This document shows, piece after piece, positions 1 through 8,736 of a DNA stretch of 64,000 nucleotides. Under the pieces are notes generated by a model. The model saw nothing but the letters and a program-made list of their open reading frames with translations, made no database searches and was not told where the DNA came from. The first letter of the stretch is position 1; each line of letters begins with the position of its first letter. Location of the stretch: the sequence record DRR723986_4994. One strand, written 5' to 3'. Made by a program: the position numbers and the translations under genes.

Positions 1-35
1 GAATCCTGCGCTCTAACCAACTGAGCTACCACGCC
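1..35 (-). tRNA. tRNA 5' half, truncated by the window edge; probably tRNA-Met (CAT)
   Basis: Reverse complement GGCGTGGTAGCTCAGTTGGTTAGAGCGCAGGATTC gives an acceptor 5' strand, a canonical D-arm (TAGCTCAGTTGGTTAGAGC), anticodon stem CAGGA and loop start TTC. Only the first anticodon base (C) is visible, so the identity is inferred. Confidence 0.85.
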
Positions 36-128
36 GGTTTAATTTTTTTAGTACTTCAATTGGCGATTTGCTTGTCCTGAGAAGCTATGCGAATCAGGAA
101 GCTACCACGCCATTTTTGATTAGGGCTG

Positions 129-136
129 CAAATATA
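129..136 (-). promoter_or_regulatory. Bacteroidota housekeeping -7 promoter element (TATATTTG) for the tRNA transcript
   Basis: caaatata on + is TATATTTG on -, matching the TAnnTTTG consensus, upstream of the tRNA. Confidence 0.55.
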
Positions 137-251
137 ATTTATTTTTAAGAAAGGCATAATATTCAAATTGAAAAATTTTATCGGATTCTTTGAAGAATAG
201 GGGAAATCGGTTTTATCTGCGACTATTCAGTATATTAGAAAAAACATTGTC

Positions 252-1175
252 ATGAAAAAATCTGCTTTAATCCTGTTGATAATTTTAGGTTTAACCTCTT
301 CATGTAAAAAAGAATGGGACGGAAATGGAGAAGAGGAGAAGAGCAAAATTACCGTGGACGGTTTTAAGCGAACCTACAGAGTTTATACGCCAGAGAATTA
401 TGACCCTTCAAAATCGTATCCGCTAGTTTTTGTGCTACACGGAAGATTTGGAAATGGAAAAAATGTAGATAAATTCACCATTTTTGATCATGCTGCAGAT
501 GCTCATGAAATGATTGCCGTATATCCTGATGGCTATAAAAGATCTTGGGTTGATGACCGAAATCACGGTCCAGCTGCTGATAAAGGTGTAAACGACATTA
601 ATTTTTTCAATGCCTTGTTAGATCAGTTAATAGCAGATTATCCTGTTGATGAAAATAGGGTGTATTCTTGTGGAATGTCAAATGGAGGTTTCATGTCTAT
701 GGCCTTGGCTTGTCATATGTCGGATAGAATTGCAGCTGTTGCTGGTGTAACCGGAAATATGGCTCCCAACCCTGATTCTTATTGCTCTAGCGCCGCGCCT
801 ACAGGAGTTTTGTTAATTGGTGGCGTTTCGGATGAAACTTCACCTTATTATGGTGGATCGATTGCAGATGAAAGTGAAGCGCTCGGTTTTCCAGCTTCAT
901 TCGATTTCTGGGTGAATCAAAACAACTGCATTGATGCGGTTCAAGATTCTGTATGGGCCGATATGGTGCCAGATGATGGTACCTCTGTTATTACACACGC
1001 TCACACTAATTGTGATTCTTCTGTTCAAACGGTATTATATGAAATCCAAGGAATGGGACACACCTGGCCAAGTGGAAACCGAGCGTTTAAAGAAAGAACA
1101 ACTGGAAAGCAATCCTTAGAAATCAATGCATCAATGGTGATTGCAGAATTTCTATTGCAACATACACTTGACTAA
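252..1175 (+). CDS. Lipoprotein alpha/beta-hydrolase esterase (PHB depolymerase/LpqC-like)
   Basis: Signal peptide with lipobox-like TSSC; PLVFVLHG, nucleophile motif GMSNGG, C-terminal GMGHTW. Confidence 0.8.
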   Translation: MKKSALILLIILGLTSSCKKEWDGNGEEEKSKITVDGFKRTYRVYTPENYDPSKSYPLVFVLHGRFGNGKNVDKFTIFDHAADAHEMIAVYPDGYKRSWVDDRNHGPAADKGVNDINFFNALLDQLIADYPVDENRVYSCGMSNGGFMSMALACHMSDRIAAVAGVTGNMAPNPDSYCSSAAPTGVLLIGGVSDETSPYYGGSIADESEALGFPASFDFWVNQNNCIDAVQDSVWADMVPDDGTSVITHAHTNCDSSVQTVLYEIQGMGHTWPSGNRAFKERTTGKQSLEINASMVIAEFLLQHTLD

Positions 1176-2641
1176 TCTTTAATGGTCTCCTCAACCCTTG
1201 ATTTGTCTTGCTGACCTATCACTATTTCTAGGATTAACTTCCCTGAAATCTGTGATCCATAAGCTCCAATTCCTCCATCTCCAATCAGACCATTATTTAA
1301 TGAGGGCGTTGTAAAATCCGCTATGTGATAATATTCTTTTCTACCCGAAAATCCGCATTCAACACCTACTGTATATCGTTTAGCTTTTTTTGTTTCGTGA
1401 ACAACACCAACCGAAGCATGAAACAGGCTCCACTTGCTCGCGTCAACAGCTATTCGATTAAATAAAAAGTAAGGTCTGTTATTGTATAAAAAATCGGTTC
1501 TAATACCCAGATACAAATCCCACCGGGGTCCCATTTTTGTTTCAAATCCGAGACCAAAATTTGTCACTGTAGTGTCCTGTTCACCAAAGGCAAGAAAATT
1601 TTGCTGACCAAAGAAATTATATATCGTAGTGTCTGCTAAGGCCTGCGGATATGAATTCGGTTGCTGGTCTGGATTCCACATCAAATAATATTTTTTTCTA
1701 AAATAGGTTTCATGAGTGAAATGCAGCCATGAATTTTTACCAATTCTCCAGCTACAGCCAATGGCTAATGCAGCTGCTTCTTTGTGCACAACTTTTTGTT
1801 TTTCTGCTCTGTCAATAAATGTAATGTCTGTTCCAATCAGTTGATTCAATCCACGAATGGAATAATCTCGATAGACATTTGATTTGCCCAATATGTTGAA
1901 GGAGGGAGTAGTGAAAGCCGCTCCAAATTTGAAATTTTCTACATGTAAAGCCAAAGAAGGTTTAAAAACTCCCTTAACGTTCCAATAATTAAAATTGTTA
2001 TTGGTAGATATGGAACTTACCGTGCCTGTTGAACCGTCAGTTGGTAATACTGACATTTCGTAACCATTCGAATATTTAACATCTCTATAAATTCCATAAT
2101 GGGCGAATCCCACAGCAAACCCTTCAGTGATTTGATAGGATACACCAAAACCACCCCAATATTCACTTAAAGAATGAAAATAGTTATAGGATGCCACGAA
2201 AGTTTCTTCACCAGCTGTCGCTGATGAAATTTCATAATTTTCATTGTGCAGGTAATCGTATTTAGCCGTGTAATTTCTTCGTGATATTACCCCATATCCT
2301 AATCGCAATTTTTTCTTCTTTCCCAATTCAGCAATACCAGCTATTAAGTTTGGGGCAGTGGCCAATTGCGTTCCTTTTAGATCCAATCCTTTTCCCAAAG
2401 CGTTTTCAAGTTTTAAATGACGTACTCGATACGCATTTACAGTAATTGAAAGCGAGGGTTCATCTACGAAACTCATGGCCGCAGGATTATAATAAACGGT
2501 TGCATTATCCCCTAAACCAGAAGTAGCAGCTCCACCAAGTAAAGAGGCTCTGGCACCAAAGTGTTCAGACCAATGATGATAATCCTGATTGAATGCATTT
2601 AATGAAAAACCTAAAATCAGGATAAAACTTAGAATTCGCAT
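1172..2641 (-). CDS. Outer-membrane beta-barrel, FadL/OmpP1-like
   Basis: Signal peptide, then GARASLLGGA...DNATVYYNPAAM typical of the FadL-family N-terminus; aromatic-rich alternating strands. Confidence 0.65.
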   Translation of the reverse strand: MRILSFILILGFSLNAFNQDYHHWSEHFGARASLLGGAATSGLGDNATVYYNPAAMSFVDEPSLSITVNAYRVRHLKLENALGKGLDLKGTQLATAPNLIAGIAELGKKKKLRLGYGVISRRNYTAKYDYLHNENYEISSATAGEETFVASYNYFHSLSEYWGGFGVSYQITEGFAVGFAHYGIYRDVKYSNGYEMSVLPTDGSTGTVSSISTNNNFNYWNVKGVFKPSLALHVENFKFGAAFTTPSFNILGKSNVYRDYSIRGLNQLIGTDITFIDRAEKQKVVHKEAAALAIGCSWRIGKNSWLHFTHETYFRKKYYLMWNPDQQPNSYPQALADTTIYNFFGQQNFLAFGEQDTTVTNFGLGFETKMGPRWDLYLGIRTDFLYNNRPYFLFNRIAVDASKWSLFHASVGVVHETKKAKRYTVGVECGFSGRKEYYHIADFTTPSLNNGLIGDGGIGAYGSQISGKLILEIVIGQQDKSRVEETIKD

Positions 2642-2768
2642 AGTAGTAGTTTAATGATTACAAGATATAGAGAATATTTTTCGAATAAAAGCAATTCGCT
2701 GGATTAATGAAAATCAGTCAATTTTGGGTAATTCTTATTACCTTTAATCGATTTAAAACCCAATACGA

Positions 2769-4769
2769 ATGAAAACTCTGGTTGCAATTACTGGACTTCT
2801 TTTTACCCTGTCGGGATTTTCGCAAGAAGTCAAAATAAAAGAAGACAAAATTCCAGGTAAGATCCAGAAAAGTATACCTGATTTATCTGATTATTTGACA
2901 CTAAGACCACGCTCGACAACTGAAAAAGTTGAAGCCATATACGAGTGGATAACAGAGAACATAGCATACGATTACGACCGTTTAACTCAACGTGATTATT
3001 TTACTGGTGTAGATCCGAAGAAGGTTTTAAAATCTAAATCCGCTATTTGTAATGGATATGTTGAGTTAATGAAGGCCATGCTGGACGAAATAGGAGTTCG
3101 TAACATGACAGTTGAAGGCTATGTGAGGGATGAATATTGGGCACCTGGTAAATTAACTGTTATGGAGTCACATGCCTGGATCGCTATGGAAATTGATGGT
3201 AAATGGTACCTAGCTGATCCCACCTGGGATGCCGGATATGTAGGTAGAGTTCCCAAAAAAGTAAAGGAGTATGAGCCTAAAACATACCGAAAAACTGAAT
3301 GGAAAAATAAAATAAAGCAGGCTAAAATTTTAAAGAAAAGAGAAGACAAAGAAAAAGAACGAAAAGCAAAATATGATGAGGAGCCTGTGGCGAAAGATAA
3401 GATTGATTTTGTCCAATTTCCAACGAAGGATTATTTCATGATTCATCCTGATTCTTTTTTATTAACCCACTTACCAATTGTTCCTATGTGGCAATTAAGG
3501 TCCGATTTCATCTCTATTGCGGATTTCTCAAACGGATTAGATTCTATCCGATTAAGGCTTAATCAAAACGGTGATAACAGTATAAATTATGATCGAGAAA
3601 TTGACCGTTTTATGGCCAAGGACTTTTTACAGCAAATGTTGGTGCTAGGAAATGAGGGCAATGACTTTAACATTTACAACCCTTCTGTGAAAGCATTGAA
3701 GTATTACAATTTTATGGCACTGGTGCACAACAAGAATTTGCAAAAGTTAGCAAGAGGTACACGGTATGAAATCAATTCATCAAAACGTGATGAATTATAT
3801 GCTTTAAATGATACCATCATCAAGTATAACAAATTATTCAAAAAAGCTGAAAAGGGTATTTATAAAGATATAAAGGCAATAGATAAGTCTCGGTATAAGA
3901 GCACAAGTGCATTGAGTAAAGAAAACTTAAAGTACGCCAATAAAATATTTGCCGAGCAGGATAGAATGGTGGACTATATCAAAAAGGGCAATGAGAAAAT
4001 TGAAAAGAATTTTGAATCCCTTGATAACGCTGTGGAGAAAATAGAAGAGAATTATCCAGGAGCTTTTAACTATTCCAAAAAAGGATATTTGAAGGAAGAG
4101 GTGCTTAAGGTTTGGGCAGATTCCATTAAAATGCAAAAAGACAGTTTGATAAAGGTTAGAGATGATTTTGCCAAATTAAGGGATAAAACAAATTTCAATG
4201 CGTTACTGAGCAATGTCGAGTTCATGAGATCATTAATGATAGCACAAATAGAAATGGTTAAAGAAAATAACTATCGTGTAGATGATTATATTCTTGAAGT
4301 GGATACTTTGATAGGCATTGCAGGTGCACATTCAGTCATGTTGTTTGCAGATTCGCTAAAGCTTGAATTGATTGGTAAAAGAACAAATCTCTTTTTAAGA
4401 AATGCCAATAACTATGTGCGAAAGGCGCGGACAGATTTCAAAGAAAAAGAAACGAATAATGAATTGTCAGATCCGGCAGCGTATGAAGAATATATGAACG
4501 CTCAGTTATTAGAAATACTTGAGATTGTAGAGGATATTAATCGTAATAGCCTGAAATTTCAATTGGCTGTATTAGATGTCTTTAAGTCTTATCGAACGCC
4601 AAAAGAAGTTGTAAAACTAATGGAAGAAATTGTAGAGTTGAAGGAGGAGAAATATGATTACATCAGTGAGTATATAGATGCAGATCATGAAAGAAATCAA
4701 CGTCTTATTACCATCATGGATGAAAAAAGCAGGGAGTGGAAAGTAATGTACGCTCCGCCTAAAAAGTAA
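2769..4769 (+). CDS. Secreted transglutaminase-like (CYK3-type) domain protein with long helical C-terminus
   Basis: Signal peptide; AIYEWITENIAYD, AICNGY (Cys), SHAW (His), LADPTWDAG (Asp). Confidence 0.75.
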   Translation: MKTLVAITGLLFTLSGFSQEVKIKEDKIPGKIQKSIPDLSDYLTLRPRSTTEKVEAIYEWITENIAYDYDRLTQRDYFTGVDPKKVLKSKSAICNGYVELMKAMLDEIGVRNMTVEGYVRDEYWAPGKLTVMESHAWIAMEIDGKWYLADPTWDAGYVGRVPKKVKEYEPKTYRKTEWKNKIKQAKILKKREDKEKERKAKYDEEPVAKDKIDFVQFPTKDYFMIHPDSFLLTHLPIVPMWQLRSDFISIADFSNGLDSIRLRLNQNGDNSINYDREIDRFMAKDFLQQMLVLGNEGNDFNIYNPSVKALKYYNFMALVHNKNLQKLARGTRYEINSSKRDELYALNDTIIKYNKLFKKAEKGIYKDIKAIDKSRYKSTSALSKENLKYANKIFAEQDRMVDYIKKGNEKIEKNFESLDNAVEKIEENYPGAFNYSKKGYLKEEVLKVWADSIKMQKDSLIKVRDDFAKLRDKTNFNALLSNVEFMRSLMIAQIEMVKENNYRVDDYILEVDTLIGIAGAHSVMLFADSLKLELIGKRTNLFLRNANNYVRKARTDFKEKETNNELSDPAAYEEYMNAQLLEILEIVEDINRNSLKFQLAVLDVFKSYRTPKEVVKLMEEIVELKEEKYDYISEYIDADHERNQRLITIMDEKSREWKVMYAPPKK

Positions 4770-4771
4770 GT

Positions 4772-5428
4772 TTACTTTTTACAGTCTTGTTGATAAAGGC
4801 CAATATAATCCATAATGATTTTAACTGCAGCATCACTAAGTAGATTGTTGGTGTACTCACGCTCAACAATTAATGTATTTCCAATTTTGTAGACTTGGCA
4901 CCAGTCGTAATCAAAGGCCTTTTGTGCAGAAATTAAAGCAGCAACCGTGCCATAAGCCATGTTTCCTTGATCACGCATAAAAGCTAAAAAGGCGCCTCTT
5001 AAAGCTTTTGCCGGGTGAAAATAATCATCCATTGCTTGCAGGTAAGCCCAGCACATCAAATCATCTCCGCTTAATAATTCTGTCTGATCATTTTCTTCAG
5101 GGACTTCATCCGAAACGGCCTTTAAGTATTCGAACACAGATTTATCAAGCCCTTTTCTTTTGGAAAGCAAATACGACTCAAAGTTTGCCGTGCTTTTATG
5201 AGAGAATCCCATTGAATTAATGGCGGCAAATTTATCAAGTGATGTGGTTTTTTTACTTCCTAACATTTTTAACCCTTTTTTATCTAAGCCAAACTCACTG
5301 ATATGAGCAACTGCTTTAGAAGTCGAATATTCACCCCAAAAATTAGTTGATGTTAAGGGTGAATCTGCTAACGAAATTGAAGTGGGTAGAGCGATTACTA
5401 AAAAGAGAAATAGATGCTTGAGTTTCAT
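4772..5428 (-). CDS. Hypothetical secreted protein
   Basis: 218-aa ORF with signal peptide; no family recognised. Confidence 0.7.
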   Translation of the reverse strand: MKLKHLFLFLVIALPTSISLADSPLTSTNFWGEYSTSKAVAHISEFGLDKKGLKMLGSKKTTSLDKFAAINSMGFSHKSTANFESYLLSKRKGLDKSVFEYLKAVSDEVPEENDQTELLSGDDLMCWAYLQAMDDYFHPAKALRGAFLAFMRDQGNMAYGTVAALISAQKAFDYDWCQVYKIGNTLIVEREYTNNLLSDAAVKIIMDYIGLYQQDCKK

Positions 5429-5507
5429 AGTGTATTGTTTAAAGCAAATCTAAGAAAAGGAAAGCAAAACAAATTAAGGTATTTCACGTATTTAAGAACG
5501 ATACTTT

Positions 5508-6971
5508 ATGAAGGGCAAGTTTTTATCGAGTTTATTGTTGCTGGTGGTGCTAAACCTTCTGGTAAAACCATTCTATATTTTAGGGATTGACGCTGAGGTT
5601 CAAAACAGAGTAGGAGAAGAGGTGTATGGAAATTATTACGCCTTATTAAATTTTTCATTTTTACTGAATATCCTTCTTGATTTAGGGATCACTAATTACA
5701 ATACACGTAACATTGCACAGCATCCTCAACTATTGTCGAAGCACTTCTTTAAAATCTTGTCGCTGAGGTTTTCATTGTTTCTGTTGTATGCATTTTTTAC
5801 AGTGGTTTCAGGGTTTTTAGTAGGTTATTCAGGTGAAGAGTTTTATCTATTGTCGATTCTGATGATCAATCAATTTTTCGTTGCTGTTATCCAATTTTCA
5901 AGATCAAATTTTGCCGGGCTTCATCTTTTTAAAACTGATGCGCTCATTTCAATTTTAGACAGAGGACTCCTCATTGTTTTTTGTTCTGTTTTATTATGGT
6001 CGAATCTCTTTCATGGAGAATTTAAAATTGAATGGTTTGTGTATGCGCAGAGCATTGCTTACGCGAGTTCAGCTTTAATTGCCATTATTGCATTAAAAAC
6101 AAAAGTTGGCCGAATAAAACTCGATATTAAGAAAGCGTTTTCAATAGCTTTATTGCGTAAGAGTTTTCCTTATGCATTGTTGATTTTTTTAATGATGATG
6201 TACAACCGAATTGACGCCGTTATGCTTGAACGCCTTTTAGTTGATGGAAATAAACAAGCTGGTATTTACGCTCAAGGATTCAGAATATTGGATGCTGTTA
6301 ACATGTTTGCTCTTCTATTTGCTGGATTATTACTTCCAATTTTTGCAAGACTTTTAAAGAAAGGGGAAAGTATATTGGAGATAAAAAGTTTGGCCTTTAG
6401 AATTCTAGGAGCCTTAAGCATAATTACGGCCCTAATTTGTTTTGTATACAGTTCTGAATTGATGGCTTTAAGATATGACGGTGTTACTGCACTATCAGGA
6501 CAGTCTTTTGGATTTCTTATTCTAAGTTTTATACCGGTTTCTTTGACCTACGTTTACGGAACTTTGTTAACAGCAAATGGAAGTCTTAAACAGTTAAATT
6601 ATATGGCCGTATTTGGCTTAGTATTAAATGTTGTATTGAATCTTATTCTGATCAATCAATTTAAAGCTGTAGGAGCTGCTGTGGCCACTTTAGTCACTCA
6701 GGCTTTGACCTGTGTGATTCAAATCATTCTGGTACATAAACTGCTGAAAATCAAGTTCGATCCTATGCCGTTTATCAAGTTGTTTTTATTGGCTGGATTG
6801 ACGCTTGGAGCTGTCTACACAGTTAAAGAAGTATACGGGTCTGCACATCTACTTTTAAAATGTGGCATGTTGTTTATTTACGGATTACTGCTCGCCTTTA
6901 TTCTGCAATTGATAAAAACCTCAGATATAAAAGAAATTATTGGCTCAAAAATCAATAAGTCAATAGAATAA
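5508..6971 (+). CDS. Polysaccharide/oligosaccharide flippase (Wzx/MATE-like)
   Basis: Many TM helices; YGNYYALLNF, LLDLGI, YNRIDAVML, AGIYAQGFRI, GAAVATLVT motifs. Confidence 0.8.
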   Translation: MKGKFLSSLLLLVVLNLLVKPFYILGIDAEVQNRVGEEVYGNYYALLNFSFLLNILLDLGITNYNTRNIAQHPQLLSKHFFKILSLRFSLFLLYAFFTVVSGFLVGYSGEEFYLLSILMINQFFVAVIQFSRSNFAGLHLFKTDALISILDRGLLIVFCSVLLWSNLFHGEFKIEWFVYAQSIAYASSALIAIIALKTKVGRIKLDIKKAFSIALLRKSFPYALLIFLMMMYNRIDAVMLERLLVDGNKQAGIYAQGFRILDAVNMFALLFAGLLLPIFARLLKKGESILEIKSLAFRILGALSIITALICFVYSSELMALRYDGVTALSGQSFGFLILSFIPVSLTYVYGTLLTANGSLKQLNYMAVFGLVLNVVLNLILINQFKAVGAAVATLVTQALTCVIQIILVHKLLKIKFDPMPFIKLFLLAGLTLGAVYTVKEVYGSAHLLLKCGMLFIYGLLLAFILQLIKTSDIKEIIGSKINKSIE

Positions 6972-7260
6972 GGCCAACCAAACAAACGATTGTAACCGCA
7001 ACGAGCCCTTTCGTAAACTCATTAAGTTGCCATCTAAAGTTTGAAAAATAAAACATGAACATGTTCGGAATCAAACAAAAAATAAGAATATCTTGTTGCT
7101 CAACCGAACTGTTAAATGCCAGGTCAGTGTAGGCATCAAAACTTACGATTGTATTTCGAGCTTTGACTAAAAAAGAAATGTAAAAACCAATTATTGGTAA
7201 AATCGCGCCTACTATTAAGCCAACGAATACGTTATCTATTTTCGCTAATTTTTCTTTCAT
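6952..7260 (-). CDS. Small membrane protein, coupled to surE
   Basis: About three hydrophobic segments; ATG at 7260 overlaps the surE stop (ATGA). Confidence 0.7.
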   Translation of the reverse strand: MKEKLAKIDNVFVGLIVGAILPIIGFYISFLVKARNTIVSFDAYTDLAFNSSVEQQDILIFCLIPNMFMFYFSNFRWQLNEFTKGLVAVTIVCLVGLILLTY

Positions 7261-8027
7261 GATAAATCCCATTCATTTAGGTTTGAAATAAGGTGATGTG
7301 CAGTCATGTCAAACTGCGTGGGAACGATAGAAACATAATTTTGACCCAGCGCCCATAGGTCTGTATCTTCGCCTTTATCTGTGTTACGATAATCTCCAGT
7401 TAGCCAATAATAACTCCCTCCAAAAGGATCTTGTCTTTTGTCAAAAGAATCCTCCCAATAGGCTTTACCTTGTCTACAGATCTTCATTCCAGATAACTCA
7501 TCAATTTTACCTTTTGGAATATTGACATTTAGACAAGTACCTTTAGAAAGGCCATTTTGAAGCACAAGTTTGGAAATTTTTGTGGCGTATTCAATTGAGG
7601 CATCAAAATCTGCGTCTTCATCAAAATCTAAAAGTGAAAATCCAATACTCGGAATACCTTCAATTGCTCCTTCAACTGCAGCCGACATGGTACCGGAATA
7701 CAACACATTCGTTGCAGCATTTGAGCCATGATTGACTCCTGATACTAATAAATCTGGTCTTCTTTTTAATATTTCATAAATCGCCAGTTTTACACAGTCA
7801 ACAGGAGTGCCTGAACATGTATAAGCTTCTATATCACCAAAAACATCAGAAGGTTTTAACCGTAAAGGATGATGGATGGTAATTGCATGCCCCATTCCGC
7901 TTTGAACCGTATCGGGAGCAACCACAACAATATCACCTAAAGATTGCATTGCTTTTACTAAAGATGCAATTCCTTTAGCGTTAATACTGTCGTCATTAGT
8001 GATTAAAATCAATGGTTTTTTGCTCAT
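7257..8027 (-). CDS. surE: 5'/3'-nucleotidase SurE
   Basis: LILITNDD, QSGMGHAIT, SGTPVDCV, SGVNHGSN, YSGTMSAA motifs. Confidence 0.95.
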   Translation of the reverse strand: MSKKPLILITNDDSINAKGIASLVKAMQSLGDIVVVAPDTVQSGMGHAITIHHPLRLKPSDVFGDIEAYTCSGTPVDCVKLAIYEILKRRPDLLVSGVNHGSNAATNVLYSGTMSAAVEGAIEGIPSIGFSLLDFDEDADFDASIEYATKISKLVLQNGLSKGTCLNVNIPKGKIDELSGMKICRQGKAYWEDSFDKRQDPFGGSYYWLTGDYRNTDKGEDTDLWALGQNYVSIVPTQFDMTAHHLISNLNEWDLS

Positions 8028-8132
8028 ATTTCAAAGTTAACTAACAAAACTGAATTGTGGCAGTTTGAATAGCAGAGATACTTGTTTTCTATCCCTCTTT
8101 TTAGTTAATTCAAATATGAGAAAAGGTAACGA

Positions 8133-8672
8133 TTAAATCATTTTTAGGATCAATAATACACCTTTATATGGCATTGCAATAGTCTCAGCATCAACCTGAA
8201 TAATGCCAAAGCAATCCTCGTTGCTCGTTTTATGAACAATAAAATCTTGCGGAATTTCAGGTTCTTTAGCTCTAATTTCTCTGCCGAATACGGTACTGAT
8301 GAAATCTGTTCGGGTCATGTGTACATTCTCTGTGAACGAAAGCGTTCTCGGATCTATTTCTTGACCACTCACTAGGTTTTCTTGCACTTTTACAAGTGAT
8401 CCTTGAATCAATTCAAGTTCACGACTAGATGGAACTTTAGATTTAAGAATGTAGTATTTTTCTACAGAGTAATCTCCAAATTTTGGATGCGTTGAAATGA
8501 TCTTTTTTTCAGTGATCAATTTACTTTTAAACGGCGCCTCTTTTTTAATGGCCACTTGTCTTTTTTCAAGTGCAACTGGCTTCAAAACTTCAGAGTGTTC
8601 TTCTCTTATTTCTTTTTGTGCAATAACTGAACTTCCGATTATGATGAGGCTTAATGTGATAATATTTTTCAT
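8133..8672 (-). CDS. Hypothetical secreted protein
   Basis: Real start probably MKNIITLSLIII (8672, signal peptide). The longer ORF-track N-terminus is an alternative frame of the upstream Ser-rich tail. Confidence 0.65.
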   Translation of the reverse strand: MKNIITLSLIIIGSSVIAQKEIREEHSEVLKPVALEKRQVAIKKEAPFKSKLITEKKIISTHPKFGDYSVEKYYILKSKVPSSRELELIQGSLVKVQENLVSGQEIDPRTLSFTENVHMTRTDFISTVFGREIRAKEPEIPQDFIVHKTSNEDCFGIIQVDAETIAMPYKGVLLILKMI

Positions 8673-8736
8673 TGGTCTAATTTTTTGCCTTGCAGGGCAG
8701 TTTGTACTTAGACCTAATCCAAATGATGTGCCAAGT

